Assembly (NCBI RefSeq): GCF_028641065.1
Contig: NC_073378.1
Span: 83,886,001 to 83,950,000, forward strand
Length of the DNA stretch: 64,000 bases
Source of the DNA: Leucoraja erinacea
Taxonomy: Eukaryota
Reading direction: 5' to 3'
In this document: positions 26,792 to 39,816 of the stretch, piece after piece
How positions within the stretch are numbered: position 1 is the first letter of the stretch
How the letters are laid out: each line of letters opens with the position of its first letter
Made by a program: the position numbers and the translations under genes
The notes under the pieces: model-generated
Told to the model about the DNA's origin: nothing
The model's database searches: none
The model's input: the letters and a program-made list of their open reading frames with translations, nothing else

Positions 26792-26808
26792 TGACCTGAA
26801 TTTCACCT
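26792..26808 (-). promoter_or_regulatory. DR5 RARE 5' of HoxA4
   Basis: Minus strand reads AGGTGA-aattc-AGGTCA, 2.9 kb upstream of the HoxA4 ATG. Matches the known Hoxa4/Hoxd4 5' RARE in form and distance. Confidence 0.85.
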
Positions 26809-29800
26809 CGGCCTTGGACTTAGCTATTTCTAAAAGGCCTATAGTGCTCATTCAAATACCAGGGTGTTTTGCCCAGGTCATTACCTTTGTGGAGGGGAGA
26901 AAGTAGCCAAAATGCATGGGCTCTACACTGCCTATATAGTCTATAGAGACTATTCGATAACCGTCTTTAAACATTTGTAAATATAACTTCGAGTGAAAAA
27001 ATCAATAGATCTGTAAATATCTGTTTGATGATCAGAGAAAAAAACAAATCGGGACCATACCGACTAATATTTAACAACATCCGTGATCGGATAATTTGCT
27101 TTTAGGAATTTGAAATTAATTTAAACTTTCAAAAAAAGTTGCACAAAGCGCTGTATTGTTTCACTAATACATCTGCATTTGATTTCAAATCCTCTTATTT
27201 GTGCTCCCATCCCTATGCTAAGTGTTCCAAATTTCATCCTCAACATTTTATTTGAGAATGTCATCCTTCTTAAAGAAACCTATTTTAGGCAAAAATCGCT
27301 TTTAATCTATAACATTCAGTTTTAAAATTGTGACACGTAGACCTTTTTTCCCCTCAAATTCACCGGCCGAGTGTTCCCAATCGATTCTATTGCCGTTTAG
27401 GAATATTTTTTTAATTTCTTACAAACTATTCTAGTAACAAGTGTCAACATTGCAAAACGAAATTATTCGTTTGAAATAAGTTTCCGATCATTTTTTAAGG
27501 GGGTATAAAGGTCAATTTATGCATGATGGATTTCCTTCTTTTCTTCATTTCTATGTGTTGCACTATAGCATGCCGTTCTCCTCGTTCACCAAAACATGCG
27601 ACCTCTCTATACGTTTATCACTTACTCTATCAGCAGCTTTATTCCTATTTGTCCATACATACATAAAGTGAGTGTATGTTGAGATCTGTATTGTAAATGT
27701 ATATTATGTGTTTTAAGAGGAATGCGATCGGGTGGGGTGGGGGAAGAAGAAGGTTAGATGGACTCCGAGTAAAGATGGCTTCTTTACCTACTGAATAATG
27801 CATTTATGTTCGTACCGCATATGAAATCGTTCGTCTTTTTGCAAACTCTCGGTATACGGGTTATGCCATTCGGCCTGCTCGTAACCAGCGTTATTTTCGT
27901 TTATCTCTGTAATTTCTGTTATTTCTTTAAACTAACCCATTACCTGTGTACCAATGATTTTCGAAAGCACGCATTCTCCAGTTCCAAAGTAGAACTGTAA
28001 TGTTGTTTTGCGAAATACATTGTCTCCGGTTGCTTGTAACTTGCTACCGTGTAAATCCAAAGATCTAACAAACATATATGTGAAAGCTTTATGGTTTCTA
28101 ACAATCTTTATATAAAATGGACTTGATCTTTATGTTTAATATGACGAAACGGCAACAGTGCAACTAACTGTGACCAGACATTCGGTATATCTAAAATTAA
28201 TGCCCTAGACAAAATTTGTCCTTCTCTGATTCAATTCTGTACTTTGAACACTGCAAGCACAGTCAATATTAATCTGCAACCCATATTTAGCATTAGCCAC
28301 GAATCTATAATGGTTCCAGTGCTGACCCATTTGTAAATCATTGCTATTATATATTTAAACGATAAAGAAAACAAGAGAGAGTCCTCGTCATATACTTCTT
28401 CAAATAAATAAAAGTATTCAAGGATGTAAATAAGATTTAAACAACATTATATGTGTCGTTTTGTCTTTAAAGGCTACACGTCTAACCAAGTGAGCAAAAC
28501 AGAACTAAATGAAGTATTGCATAGGCCACATCCCTATATAATTTTATGATTTAAACTAGATGTCATTTCGAACATATGTACCTGTGAAGTCTTCATTAAT
28601 TCTAAATTAGCAGCAGTTGTTCTACATTTCTTTTTTTGCAAGAAGGTTTCTCTGAATCTAAATCTAATTGATGTAAATCTTTGCCTTGGGGTAGATTGTG
28701 TACGCTGCTGTATCGTGGAATTCAACAGACAGACTGCATCTTAACCCCTAAAATGTTTTTCAGGCAGAAAAATGAGAATCTAAATAAAACAATTGTATTT
28801 TTTTCGACAAAAGTCGTTTGGTTTTTGTACAGTTACTGAAGATTTACCTGATACATTTACACAGCAGATAGAAAATATACCGCAGTCGATTATTCAATAT
28901 GAAATACAATGTGTCTCGATCATGAAAAGAACATTTTTTTCTTTCCTTTCGTCAGTAATTGAGGTCGCTCAGTCGCTAGGGTTCACCTGGAGTCCATAGC
29001 ATGATACACGGGTAACTCAAAGCAATTTTATCTTTTGTGCTGATAGTCAAGATCGTGCTATAACATTGACATCAAACTCTGTCTGAGCAGATGATTGCAA
29101 GTCGTGCAAAACGTAAACTTTTGACCCTCAACTTTTTGACCTATAGTTGTACCGCCCTGCCAACCACCGTACAGGGAGCCTTTTTCAAAGCACCATTGGG
29201 GACTAAATAATATCCCTTTTCGTTCACTATTTTCATGATGTACGGCTAATTTCAAGTTTGGGAAGGCTAAAAGAACCCCACACCACCACCCCTCCCCCTC
29301 TGCCCTTCACCCAACCCTCTTCCCACCCTGCTCCCCCATAAGCGAAGCGCTCCTTTAATTTCAAAAATGGCATGAACCTCAACAGTCTGCAAGCTGTTCA
29401 TTCAAGTGCTCCTTTATTTTGTTGGATATTCCAAACTGGGTAAGTTTTTTTATTGCAGCGACCAGCCGATGTAATTATAGATAGCACAGCGAAAAAAAAC
29501 AACTCAATTTAGCGTGAGTTTACTTTAGCATATTCGTTTTTTCCCTGTTACACAGATAGAACAATGGATACGTGAGCTCTCAGCCCATGCTAAAACTGAC
29601 TGTGAACTTGGTCTAAAGCGAGCTCTGCTGGTGAGTCGCAGAGTGTGCAGATACAATTTCCTTCAATTCCTTCTTTTTCCTTTCTGGAAACATATTCTCT
29701 GTGATTTAAGGAACGAAAATCCCCCACACCATCAAAACATTTCCAATCCAAATTGTATATTGTAGCAAAAGAGGTGCGCATTTTTATGTCCCTTGGCAAG

Positions 29801-30079
29801 ACTGAGGTTCGTTCGTTCTGAAGATAAAACAAAATACACTACGAATTATCTTAAGTTCAACTACAGACATTAAATATCACGAGAAGAAATAATAAACGTT
29901 GTTACGTTTTTTTTTCTGTGATTCTAAACTGTCTCCAAAATACTGTTTCAATTTACCCTTTCCTGCCTCCGCGCGTTAACAAATGCAAACGCATAAACAC
30001 AAGTAATTCAAATTGCTATTTTTTTATCGTTGGGCAACCATATCTTAAGGTGTGCATGAGAAATATTTGTACTCTCCCC

Positions 30080-30080
<1 letters not shown>

Positions 30081-30126
<46 letters not shown>
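30081..30126 (+). repeat. Poly-C tract (46 C)
   Basis: Read directly from the sequence. Confidence 0.9.
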
Positions 30127-31680
30127 TTTTATTTTATGATGGACAAATCTCTGGTAATAAAATAAAAGACAATACCGGTTTATTTAGTGAGTCCACCTAT
30201 GTTTCCCCCTTTCCCACTGCAGCAGGATACAATGAAATGTACACAATTCTTCAGGCGGTTATTATATCTACTCTACCAGCGAACACAGCAGTTATTAATG
30301 AAAGTATTTCAGGGGCTTAACAAGGTCTCTGTTTCTGCAAGGTCATACTGCAGTCAAAACTTTACGGGTGAAAACATCATGGCAGCGTTTTGAATAACAA
30401 TCTATTTCTTAAGATCACTATTTGTCTCGACTGAAATACAGTTAATACCACGAACCTTCGTATCAAGGGACTTCATACAAATAAAGCAATAAAATTTGAA
30501 TACGACTCAAGCCCTGAGAGCATATGTGTGTTACTTTCTATTAATATCCTTAATTTTAAGAATTTAGATATTTCATCTAACCATATCGTTAAAAGTCAAA
30601 CATGTAAACTAAATACAACAGAAGAAGGAAATCAGTCGGCAAAACACTGATTCAGCTTGCTGGGTAATCTGACATTATGTGTTAGGTTAACACGTGGATA
30701 ATATTCTCACACCTACATTTATATGTATTTACCCTGTGGGTAAGCTGTGTGGTAACGCATAATGTTCACAAACATTAATATTACCACTTACTACGTGTTA
30801 TTTTGTGCTGTAATGAATGGCAAACCAATTATCTTACTTTCTCATAAATAGGAAATCTCAATACTGCTAGACGCCCTTTCCACCCCCCAACTACCAAAAA
30901 TCCACTGAAGGGGGGCCCAGAAATGTGTCGCATAATATAAAGCTGCATTCGTTTCATACATAACATTTAAATTGCACCATTAAATTGCCTGTACCTTGCT
31001 CTAGATTTGAGAAAGAATTTCATGTATACAGTTTAGGGAAACTTCTATTCTATCCACAGATAAACTAGCATACATTTCAATTGAAGAACGTGGTGCCCTT
31101 TCGATGCCCTTAGCACAGACGAAACGTAAGCACGTCGCATTCCAGATTTTATGGCGTCCATCTCTTTAGCACACACAACCTTTCATTTGTTTTACATTTA
31201 TATTTGTACCGCGATAAGAGAATTGTTGCCTGAGAGGTACAGAGGCTGCTTTTAATTTTAACCATCGATTAATGAGATGGCGTCTTAAAGGGTAAATATA
31301 TGATACGTTAAAGCTCTGAATTAAGTTCCTCAAATGAAACTTAACCAATAGCTTATTTAAGAAACTAAAATATTTTTGCAGTTATGTCCTATTTGGACAT
31401 TGCAAAGCAGCTTTTTAAGGGAAATTTGATTCACTATAATTTCAGAATAAATATTCTGTTCTGACGGAAATTTAATTTATTGATAATTTATGTTTGACTC
31501 ACTGAACAGATTGCCTTTGTACTGCGTGTATGTCTTTGGCCAAGGGTCTTCTTGAGGAACAACTTCGTAAAAGACGCCCCAATAATGAACCCGTGTTTCT
31601 AAAAAAAATATCGTTCACGTAAAATGGCAGCCTCAAACCATAGAGAGAAATCATCTGAAAGGCAAACACACACAATTCTC

Positions 31681-31996
31681 NNNNNNNNNNNNNNNNNNNN
31701 NNNNNNNNNNNNNNNNNNNNNNNNNNNNNNNNNNNNNNNNNNNNNNNNNNNNNNNNNNNNNNNNNNNNNNNNNNNNNNNNNNNNNNNNNNNNNNNNNNNN
31801 NNNNNNNNNNNNNNNNNNNNNNNNNNNNNNNNNNNNNNNNNNNNNNNNNNNNNNNNNNNNNNNNNNNNNNNNNNNNNNNNNNNNNNNNNNNNNNNNNNNN
31901 NNNNNNNNNNNNNNNNNNNNNNNNNNNNNNNNNNNNNNNNNNNNNNNNNNNNNNNNNNNNNNNNNNNNNNNNNNNNNNNNNNNNNNNNNNNNNNNN
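31681..31996. other. Assembly gap (N run)
   Basis: 316 N. Confidence 1.
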
Positions 31997-33983
31997 CCAT
32001 AGTTTAGTGAAAATGGAAGGAAGGCTGTGGAGGAAAGCTACCTCCTTGATGCTACCTCTTTTAGGAAAGAACCATAAACCATTCTGTGCCATTGGTCCCC
32101 ACAGAATATCTGCATTGCACAACTGTGAGCGGTTACCAATTTGGGCAGCATATATATAATCTTTTAGCCCTTCATTATGCTCCTCCGCCTTGTTTGCCCA
32201 GTTTGGAGACTCTGGTTTTTTAATGAAATGCTTTCTTAAGTTCCGCATATGATATCAAATGCACAAACCTTTGGGTATTGTTTGAAACGAAATAATATAT
32301 TAACACTGATGTTTAGGAATTAGTTCAAGTAAATCAGTAATAACTGTTACAAGTAACAAGTAATCTTGGTCTGAATGCCACTCTAGCAGCGAGTGAAACT
32401 AAACATCGTTTCGTCTTGTTATAAGAGGAATTTAAGTGATCCGGACAGATGATATATTAAACTGTCATATTTAAATGTAAACTAATACAAAGGAAATTAC
32501 AACAGATTGACGCGAATGACATGGCCGATCCGGAACTGCTGTACTGATACAGGGGCCGATTTCCTTTATTTACTGTTGGATTTTTATAGCACATCGTAAA
32601 ACGGACCTAATTACAGTGGAATGTTTTGAGTGGAAGTTTTGGAGGGTAATTGCTTTCAACCTCTTTAATCGCGTAGCCGCCTACCAACTCCACTTCATGC
32701 CCTATAGTCTGCCTTAGACATTTTAAATGAAATTTGAATATCCATAGAAGGTAATAAATTGTGTTCTCAATTGGGGAAACAATTTTCGTAGTTCAGAAAT
32801 AGTCTCTTCAAGAAGCCTATGATTATACTTGGAAGTCTCCTACGTACTAGACTAGCGGAAGCTTCAAAGAATGAAAAATCGGTCATAAAGTTTATGGTTG
32901 GTCAGCCACTACTGTGGGAAACCCGCAATTCACCAACAACAATGTTGATGTTACAATAGTTACAGTTAAAGTTGCAGCAGTCCTTCCATTGACTGCATTT
33001 CACTATTTTAAACAATTAATGTGTTACATTCGCACACATGCCTCATCTTAGGTCGTAAATAAGTTTGTTTCCCCAAATCACACCTTTAGTTATATTACGT
33101 TTTCTAATTCCTCAAAGGAATGATGATTGTCGTCATAAAAGTTCAATTTCGTGAAGGGGGTTGGGGAAGAGAATGGTTTGCCTGAATGTGTGAAAGAATC
33201 ATGTAGTACACTTTGTGTACCTTAATCAGACCGTGTTTGCCGACTGAGTTTATATTGGAACTCTTTAAGCAACACATATCCTGCTCATTAAAGTATCAAT
33301 GGCCCGCACCTTCCCAAATTGCAGGACAATTAATACATTTGAAACATAAACTTAGTAATAACACCAATAGGAGACTTGTCACAACAACAGGATAACACTT
33401 CCCTCAAGCAAATCACAGATAAGAAAATAAAATAGCACAGTTATCTGAGCTTGCGGGATAGAAATAGGAATATTCTGTCCACGGTATTGAGGGACTTAAC
33501 AACACCAATAGCTTTTAGTAAGATATAATCGTGTCTTTCAAAAACCTGTTACACACATTTTTATTAATGAAACCCAAACGCCTCTCTCAAAATTATTTCC
33601 TTGCCTAATCTGTCCTTTTTATTTACTACCCAGTTTGTAAAGTAGGAACTTCATTTGAACGCAGAAAGAAATGAATCGGTAGTTTACCCAGGCTCATTTC
33701 TGCCTCAATGCACTCTGGGTGCTACTTAAGGCCTGTTCTACTGGGCCAAATTTCTTTGCGAACTGTAATGATAATATTTCAACAAAAATTACCTTGTGTT
33801 GCAAGAAAATACAACTTTCCTGTACACTGGAGTGGTGGAGCTGTGGATAGTCCTCTGAACAAGAAGATTAGCCATTTGAGTGGCTTGTCTGCACACGCAA
33901 TCTGCAAAGGAGCCAAATGAAGTCCAGCGTCAGTGAGATTATATGTTATGTAGAATATACTGTTGGTTGTCAACTCCCCAAAA

Positions 33984-34150
33984 CCATAAAACTTACTTTA
34001 ATGACACCACGTGATTTTTTATAGCCAGTGAGGCTATCAGTCTGTGCTATGGATGATTTTACGATCTAATTCATAGACAAAACCCTATTCATTTGGCACC
34101 CAAATGTCATATAGCCGGAACTGAGGTGTATAAAAGTTTACTGTTTATAA
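33984..34150. promoter_or_regulatory. Candidate enhancer 3' of HoxA5 (Cdx/posterior-Hox motif cluster)
   Basis: CCATAAA at 33984, CACGTG at 34008, TTTATA at 34018, TTTTACGA at 34057, GTATAAAA at about 34128 and TTTATAA at about 34144, all within 170 bp. Position resembles the mouse Hoxa5 mesodermal enhancer. Confidence 0.5.
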
Positions 34151-35599
34151 CTTTAAAGGACAAGCACTCACTCAGCAGAAAGGGTGAAAGTGCTGATCTC
34201 CTTGCTGTCAGGAGCTAAGTGGTGACTTTTCTGCCCTGCTTTGTCGCGGTAAGTAAAGTTAACTCTGTAAAGTGAAAATACCTGTTGGAAAAGGTTTACG
34301 CTACACTTTAGCAGGGAGTTGAGAGATCGTGACTATCGCCTACCTTCGGGACATAAGTGTTTGAAATGCTTCAGGGTACAATTTTTCCTCAGACCCACAC
34401 TATACAGTTTCAGAGAAATCGGGTCTATCAAAAGGGTTTGTTCAAATGCAAGAACAGTAAGAGCAGCAACAAAGAAGTAGACGTTGAGCAGTACAGTTGA
34501 GCAAACGGTGCGCAAATATCAGTGCGCAAGAAATGGGATTCAAGAGGCGGACGTTTTCACTTCGAAATGCGTAAAAAACACCATACTACAATTTAGCACC
34601 ATGTGTAAATATTCAGTGTACTAATTTCTACCGAATTCCGCCATTTGCACTAATAAGAAAATTTGAAATGCATTGCTTAAAGACCCGCCTTTATAAGTTT
34701 GCGCAGCTTCAATACCTACGCTAAACCAATCTGCAGACTTTTCATCCAGTGAAATGGGGCAAAGTTATAAAAAATAGGTCAAACATGTACTTTTCTTAGG
34801 AGGTTTGGACAAAAACTATGTTAAACGTAATTAGTAGAAATATTTTAATGCACAAGACAACAAAGGCAAGATAAATACTTATTTGGGAGGCTAAAGAGCA
34901 GGAAAGTTACTATAGAAACTTTATTTTAACTTCCAGTCAGTTTTAAAAACAAATACAAAAGCTCATCACTAATTTCTTAAACTGCCAGTCTTTTAGGCTT
35001 TATATTTATCCTTTGTCACAAAAAACATACACCGACGCTGCGCTAAGAGCCACTTATTGGAATTCGTGCAAAGTCATACAAAGGCACAGCATAGACATAC
35101 AGTTCAAAGTCGCAATACCCTTCACAAAATTCACTGCTCACTAATAACACAGAATAGGTAGCATTTCAGTGATTTAACACCACGATATCCAATACAGAGG
35201 ACGATGGTCTGAAATTAAATACGTATTGCAAGCTTGGAGCTATTTTGACATTTAGCAACACTAATACATACATACACTTTTTTTTGCAGAGTGCAACACA
35301 TAATTACATTTTACTGGACGATTTTATACAGTTACTTCAAGTAATACCGCTTGTATTAATATAAATAAGTTAAACAGCTATAATTCACAAGGCTATCCTA
35401 TTCCTAGACAATATACTGTAAGCAATGACTTGTACAGGCAACAGTACGACCAGAAAGCAGACTAACGATGCAAAGATTGGAATACGGCAATATGGAAATG
35501 CTTTTCTTCATAGAAGTAACACGGGAAAAAGAGTTTTGGAAGTCAGTACTGTATTGACATTATGCTAATTGGTTAGCTACTGCCCAGTGCTTCTATTGA

Positions 35600-35959
<360 letters not shown>

Positions 35960-36159
35960 CTACCACCCGCCTATCTACATTAACCTTTATGCTCCTTGTG
36001 CGCCTTCATAGTAAAATGACTTTAGAAACTTAACTGGTACAAAATGTTGAAGTCTCCACTTGGCCGAACCTGTCCCTATTATCAACCACACCTTTTTCAA
36101 CCTAACAATTCTTATTTACCCATACCATAGTGACACGTAACTGGATACCTTCCTAATAT

Positions 36160-36160
<1 letters not shown>

Positions 36161-36190
<30 letters not shown>
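36161..36190 (+). repeat. Poly-C tract (30 C) in the HoxA5 intron
   Basis: Read directly from the sequence; poly-G on the transcribed sense strand. Confidence 0.9.
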
Positions 36191-36191
<1 letters not shown>

Positions 36192-36327
36192 CAAATGGTT
36201 ACAAATATAATTACAACTTATAAAATATGATCCTTATAGAAATCTCAGCGAATATATTTAGCGTTTTGATTTACAGTGTGCAAAGTAATTTGAGATTCCA
36301 CTAATGCAAAGATGAAAGGTGGTTTAC

Positions 36328-36904
36328 CGTGACTTATGTGCAGTTTTCGCATCCAGGGGTAAATCTGAGGCTGCTGCTGTGCTGTGCCTTGTCCGTTCTG
36401 TGAACTTGGAGGGTCGCTGCTTGCCGGGGTGTCATCCTCAGTACCAGGCGACGTGCCAACCCCATCTCTACTGATTTGACTGCTGCTGCTGCTGGAATTT
36501 GAGGAGGTAGTTGGGCTTGCTATGGAGTTTTTGATTCCGGGGTGGTTGTCACTGGCAGGCGGACTGACCACGGCGGAGCAGGGCAGAGGGTCAGGTGAAG
36601 GAGATTGAGTGGACGTGGCAGGTTGGTTGTACCTGGTGTCTGCTCCTGCTTCTGGTCCTGCTGCTGCTGTTGTTGCTCCTGCAGGGTAGCTTCGAGATCT
36701 TTCACTGGCATTAAAGTGGTTAGATGCTGGACGGCTAATGCTGAGATCCATCCCATTGTAACCGTAGCCGTACCTGCTGGAATGCATCGTTGCAGAATCC
36801 CTGTATTGCTCGCTCACCGAGCTATGATCTCCATAATTATGTAACTGGTAGTCCGGGCCATTTGGATAGCGACCGCAGAATGAGTTTACAAAGTAAGAGC
36901 TCAT
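36328..36904 (-). CDS. hoxa5: HoxA5 exon 1
   Basis: [29 protein letters not shown], diagnostic for HoxA5, and [13 protein letters not shown]. Donor ACG|GTAAAC at 36328/36327. 577 nt, phase 1. Confidence 0.97.
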
Positions 36905-36963
36905 TTGATTTTTTTATTTATTTATTTTTTACTTGATTTGTGGCTCTTGGTCGTTTGTGCGTC

Positions 36964-37103
36964 NNNNNNNNNNNNNNNNNNNNNNNNNNNNNNNNNNNNN
37001 NNNNNNNNNNNNNNNNNNNNNNNNNNNNNNNNNNNNNNNNNNNNNNNNNNNNNNNNNNNNNNNNNNNNNNNNNNNNNNNNNNNNNNNNNNNNNNNNNNNN
37101 NNN
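36964..37103. other. Assembly gap covering the expected HoxA5 core promoter
   Basis: 140 N starting 60 nt upstream of the HoxA5 ATG. Confidence 1.
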
Positions 37104-37224
37104 CTCTAGAGGTAAATCCATGCACTGTGGCTACAAATTGGAAGGTTGCGAGGAAGAAAGGAAGAAGGGAACGCGCACGGGGGCGCGCCGGCTGCTCCCA
37201 GCACTGGCTTTGGGTTGTCCTTGC

Positions 37225-37240
37225 GCGCCACCCTCTGGAG
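37225..37240 (-). promoter_or_regulatory. Candidate CTCF site between HoxA5 and HoxA6 (C5|6)
   Basis: Minus strand reads CTCCAGAGGGTGGCGC versus consensus CCASYAGRKGGCRS (2 mismatches), in a local GC-rich patch at the position of the mammalian A5|A6 boundary. Confidence 0.6.
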
Positions 37241-38924
37241 ACTGAGGCTATGTGACTGTGGTTCTGATGAACGGGGAAATCGGCCTCGGGTCGAATTAAG
37301 GCTACCACACATTTCAAACTTAACCGTTACATTTCGTAGAATAAATCACATAAACCAATGAGAAGAGCATCTTTCAAAAAAAGATCCACGCCGCACATCA
37401 GTACATTTGTTTAATCCACGAGAGCTGTTTTTTTATATAGAAAAAAAAAGCTAGCGCTGATGATGATAGAGAGAGGACTCGACGTTTTCTTGTAGCTGGT
37501 TTGTTTTGAAATTTTAAAAATTAGGTTTAATTTTAGATGTGAATTTTGCGATGTTCGCACCCTTCCTTCGGCTGTCACCGCTGATTAGTTCAGGGGGGGA
37601 CGGTATTGTGCAGCATCAAAATGCTAATTCTTTTCCTCTCTTAGGTTGCTTAATTTTTTTTATTTTGTCTGCATGGCTCATAATCTTAGAGTTCTTCGTG
37701 CATCTGCGGAAATATCGAAGCCACCCCGCACTTAAATTCTCAAACCAACCTTCGTTTTCTTAAAACGCATGTCACGTATGCTGAAAATGCGTTTAAATCT
37801 TACCAGTTTACTTTATTACTTAATGTATTCTAAACCAGAACCCCTTTACAACTGGTAAATAAACGTTGTTTTGTGTCCAATTTAGGTGGAATTAATGTTT
37901 TTTAGCAGCATTCTGTGTTGGTTCGATTAGCAAATGCTGTATATTATCTAACAAAAGGCAGCGCACTCTACAAATAGATCTGCCTAATCAAAACATAAGC
38001 TTTGTGTCTGATACTATGTCTAGGTTCTCTGTAATAAATATTATGAAGAATGTTTTATAATTTAATCGCGGCTCTAGCTACGTCTTTACTTGTGCATTTA
38101 GTGAAAACTGCCCTTTTTAATGGACCCAGAAACCAAATAGTCATTCCTACCACGTATACAGTCCATTTTTTTAACCTGAAACAAGGACATCAACCGATCA
38201 ATTTCACAGTGCTAAGTTTCCTTTCACAGCTTATTTAATACAAAAGTTTTCGGCAGCTTATGTTAAAGGCTAAGCTCAAAAATCGGGCACCTTATTTTCC
38301 TTATATATTAATGTATATCTTAATATATATTTAAGACATTTTATCTTCAAATCTTCAATTTAAAGCGAAAGCGTTACCAACCTAGCTTGGTTTATCCTAC
38401 CAATGTCAAGATAAAAGCATATATAATTGTTTTCTTTGTTGGGGAAAGAATGGCTCGACCTAACTGAATACTGTGCCCTCTTAATTGGCCAAATATAACA
38501 GAACATGGAAGCAAATTATGGACATATACAATGCAATATGTATCATTAGCAAATGGGCATATCTACAACATTCATTTATTTTAAGACTGTCAAATTATAT
38601 CTACGGAGCAAACTATCCATTGAAACAACTGGATCATTATCTGTGGAGCAACCCATCACATAGTAACGACTAGAGAAGCAGAAACATTCACACTTCGCAT
38701 TTATAAAACAATTAATCCTACACCGTATAATTATTGTATCCTATGGAATGCGAATTATTTGAACACTTCCTCTACCAATTATACATAGACACAAGCTCAA
38801 GGGGAGGAACAACGAAAACAAACAGATATACGATTTTTTTTTCTGAACTGTTTAGCAGAATGAGCATGTAATAACTCACTACCAAACAGAAAGGCCCAGG
38901 ATAACTTCCTTTGAATTTGCGCTC

Positions 38925-39260
<336 letters not shown>

Positions 39261-39386
39261 TTATCCGATTCGACTCCATTTAAACATTGTAATTAACATA
39301 CGTAGCATTCTATTCGTAAAGTTGAAATTAAGTGTCATAGGTAAAGTTTTTTTCTTTTACATTGTATTCTACTAAAATATACTCAC

Positions 39387-39816
39387 TAGAACTTGAATTC
39401 ATTCGTTGCATCCAAGGATAAATTGGAGTACTGTACTTCCGGTCGTTTCCTTCTTCACTTAAAATTTTGTTTTGCGCACAATCTGTTTTGTAATGTTGGT
39501 CTGAGGAAAAGAAGTCATCCTGGGGTCTATGCTTTCCACTACCGGATGGCGAAATACTGGCTAGATCCTTTTCAGGATAGAAACAAGAAGCTCCATAGTC
39601 ATACGACGCTCGATTGCAAGCTATTACTGAATTAGATTGTTGATAATAACAAGGTGACGAGTAACTCTTGTCCTGGAGGGTGGTTGCCCCATAGGAAGCT
39701 GGAAAGTGCCTTAGAGCATCATAGCCCGTTGTATAGAGTGGGATCTGTCCGAGGAATGAGTCCTGGCCACTGGGCAGTGAAACAGGGAAAGTAGGGTTCA
39801 CAAAATACGAACTCAT
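39387..39816 (-). CDS. hoxa6: HoxA6 exon 1
   Basis: ATG at 39816 gives [28 protein letters not shown] and [11 protein letters not shown]. Donor CTA|GTGAGT at 39387/39386. 430 nt, phase 1. Confidence 0.95.

Noticed and set aside
29918-30139. ORF ending in polyproline
   Set aside because: Simply the translation of the poly-C tract.
24000-34900. miR-10 hairpin between Hox4 and Hox5
   Set aside because: No match to the miR-10 mature sequence seen; HoxA clusters generally lack it. A 316-N gap prevents complete exclusion.
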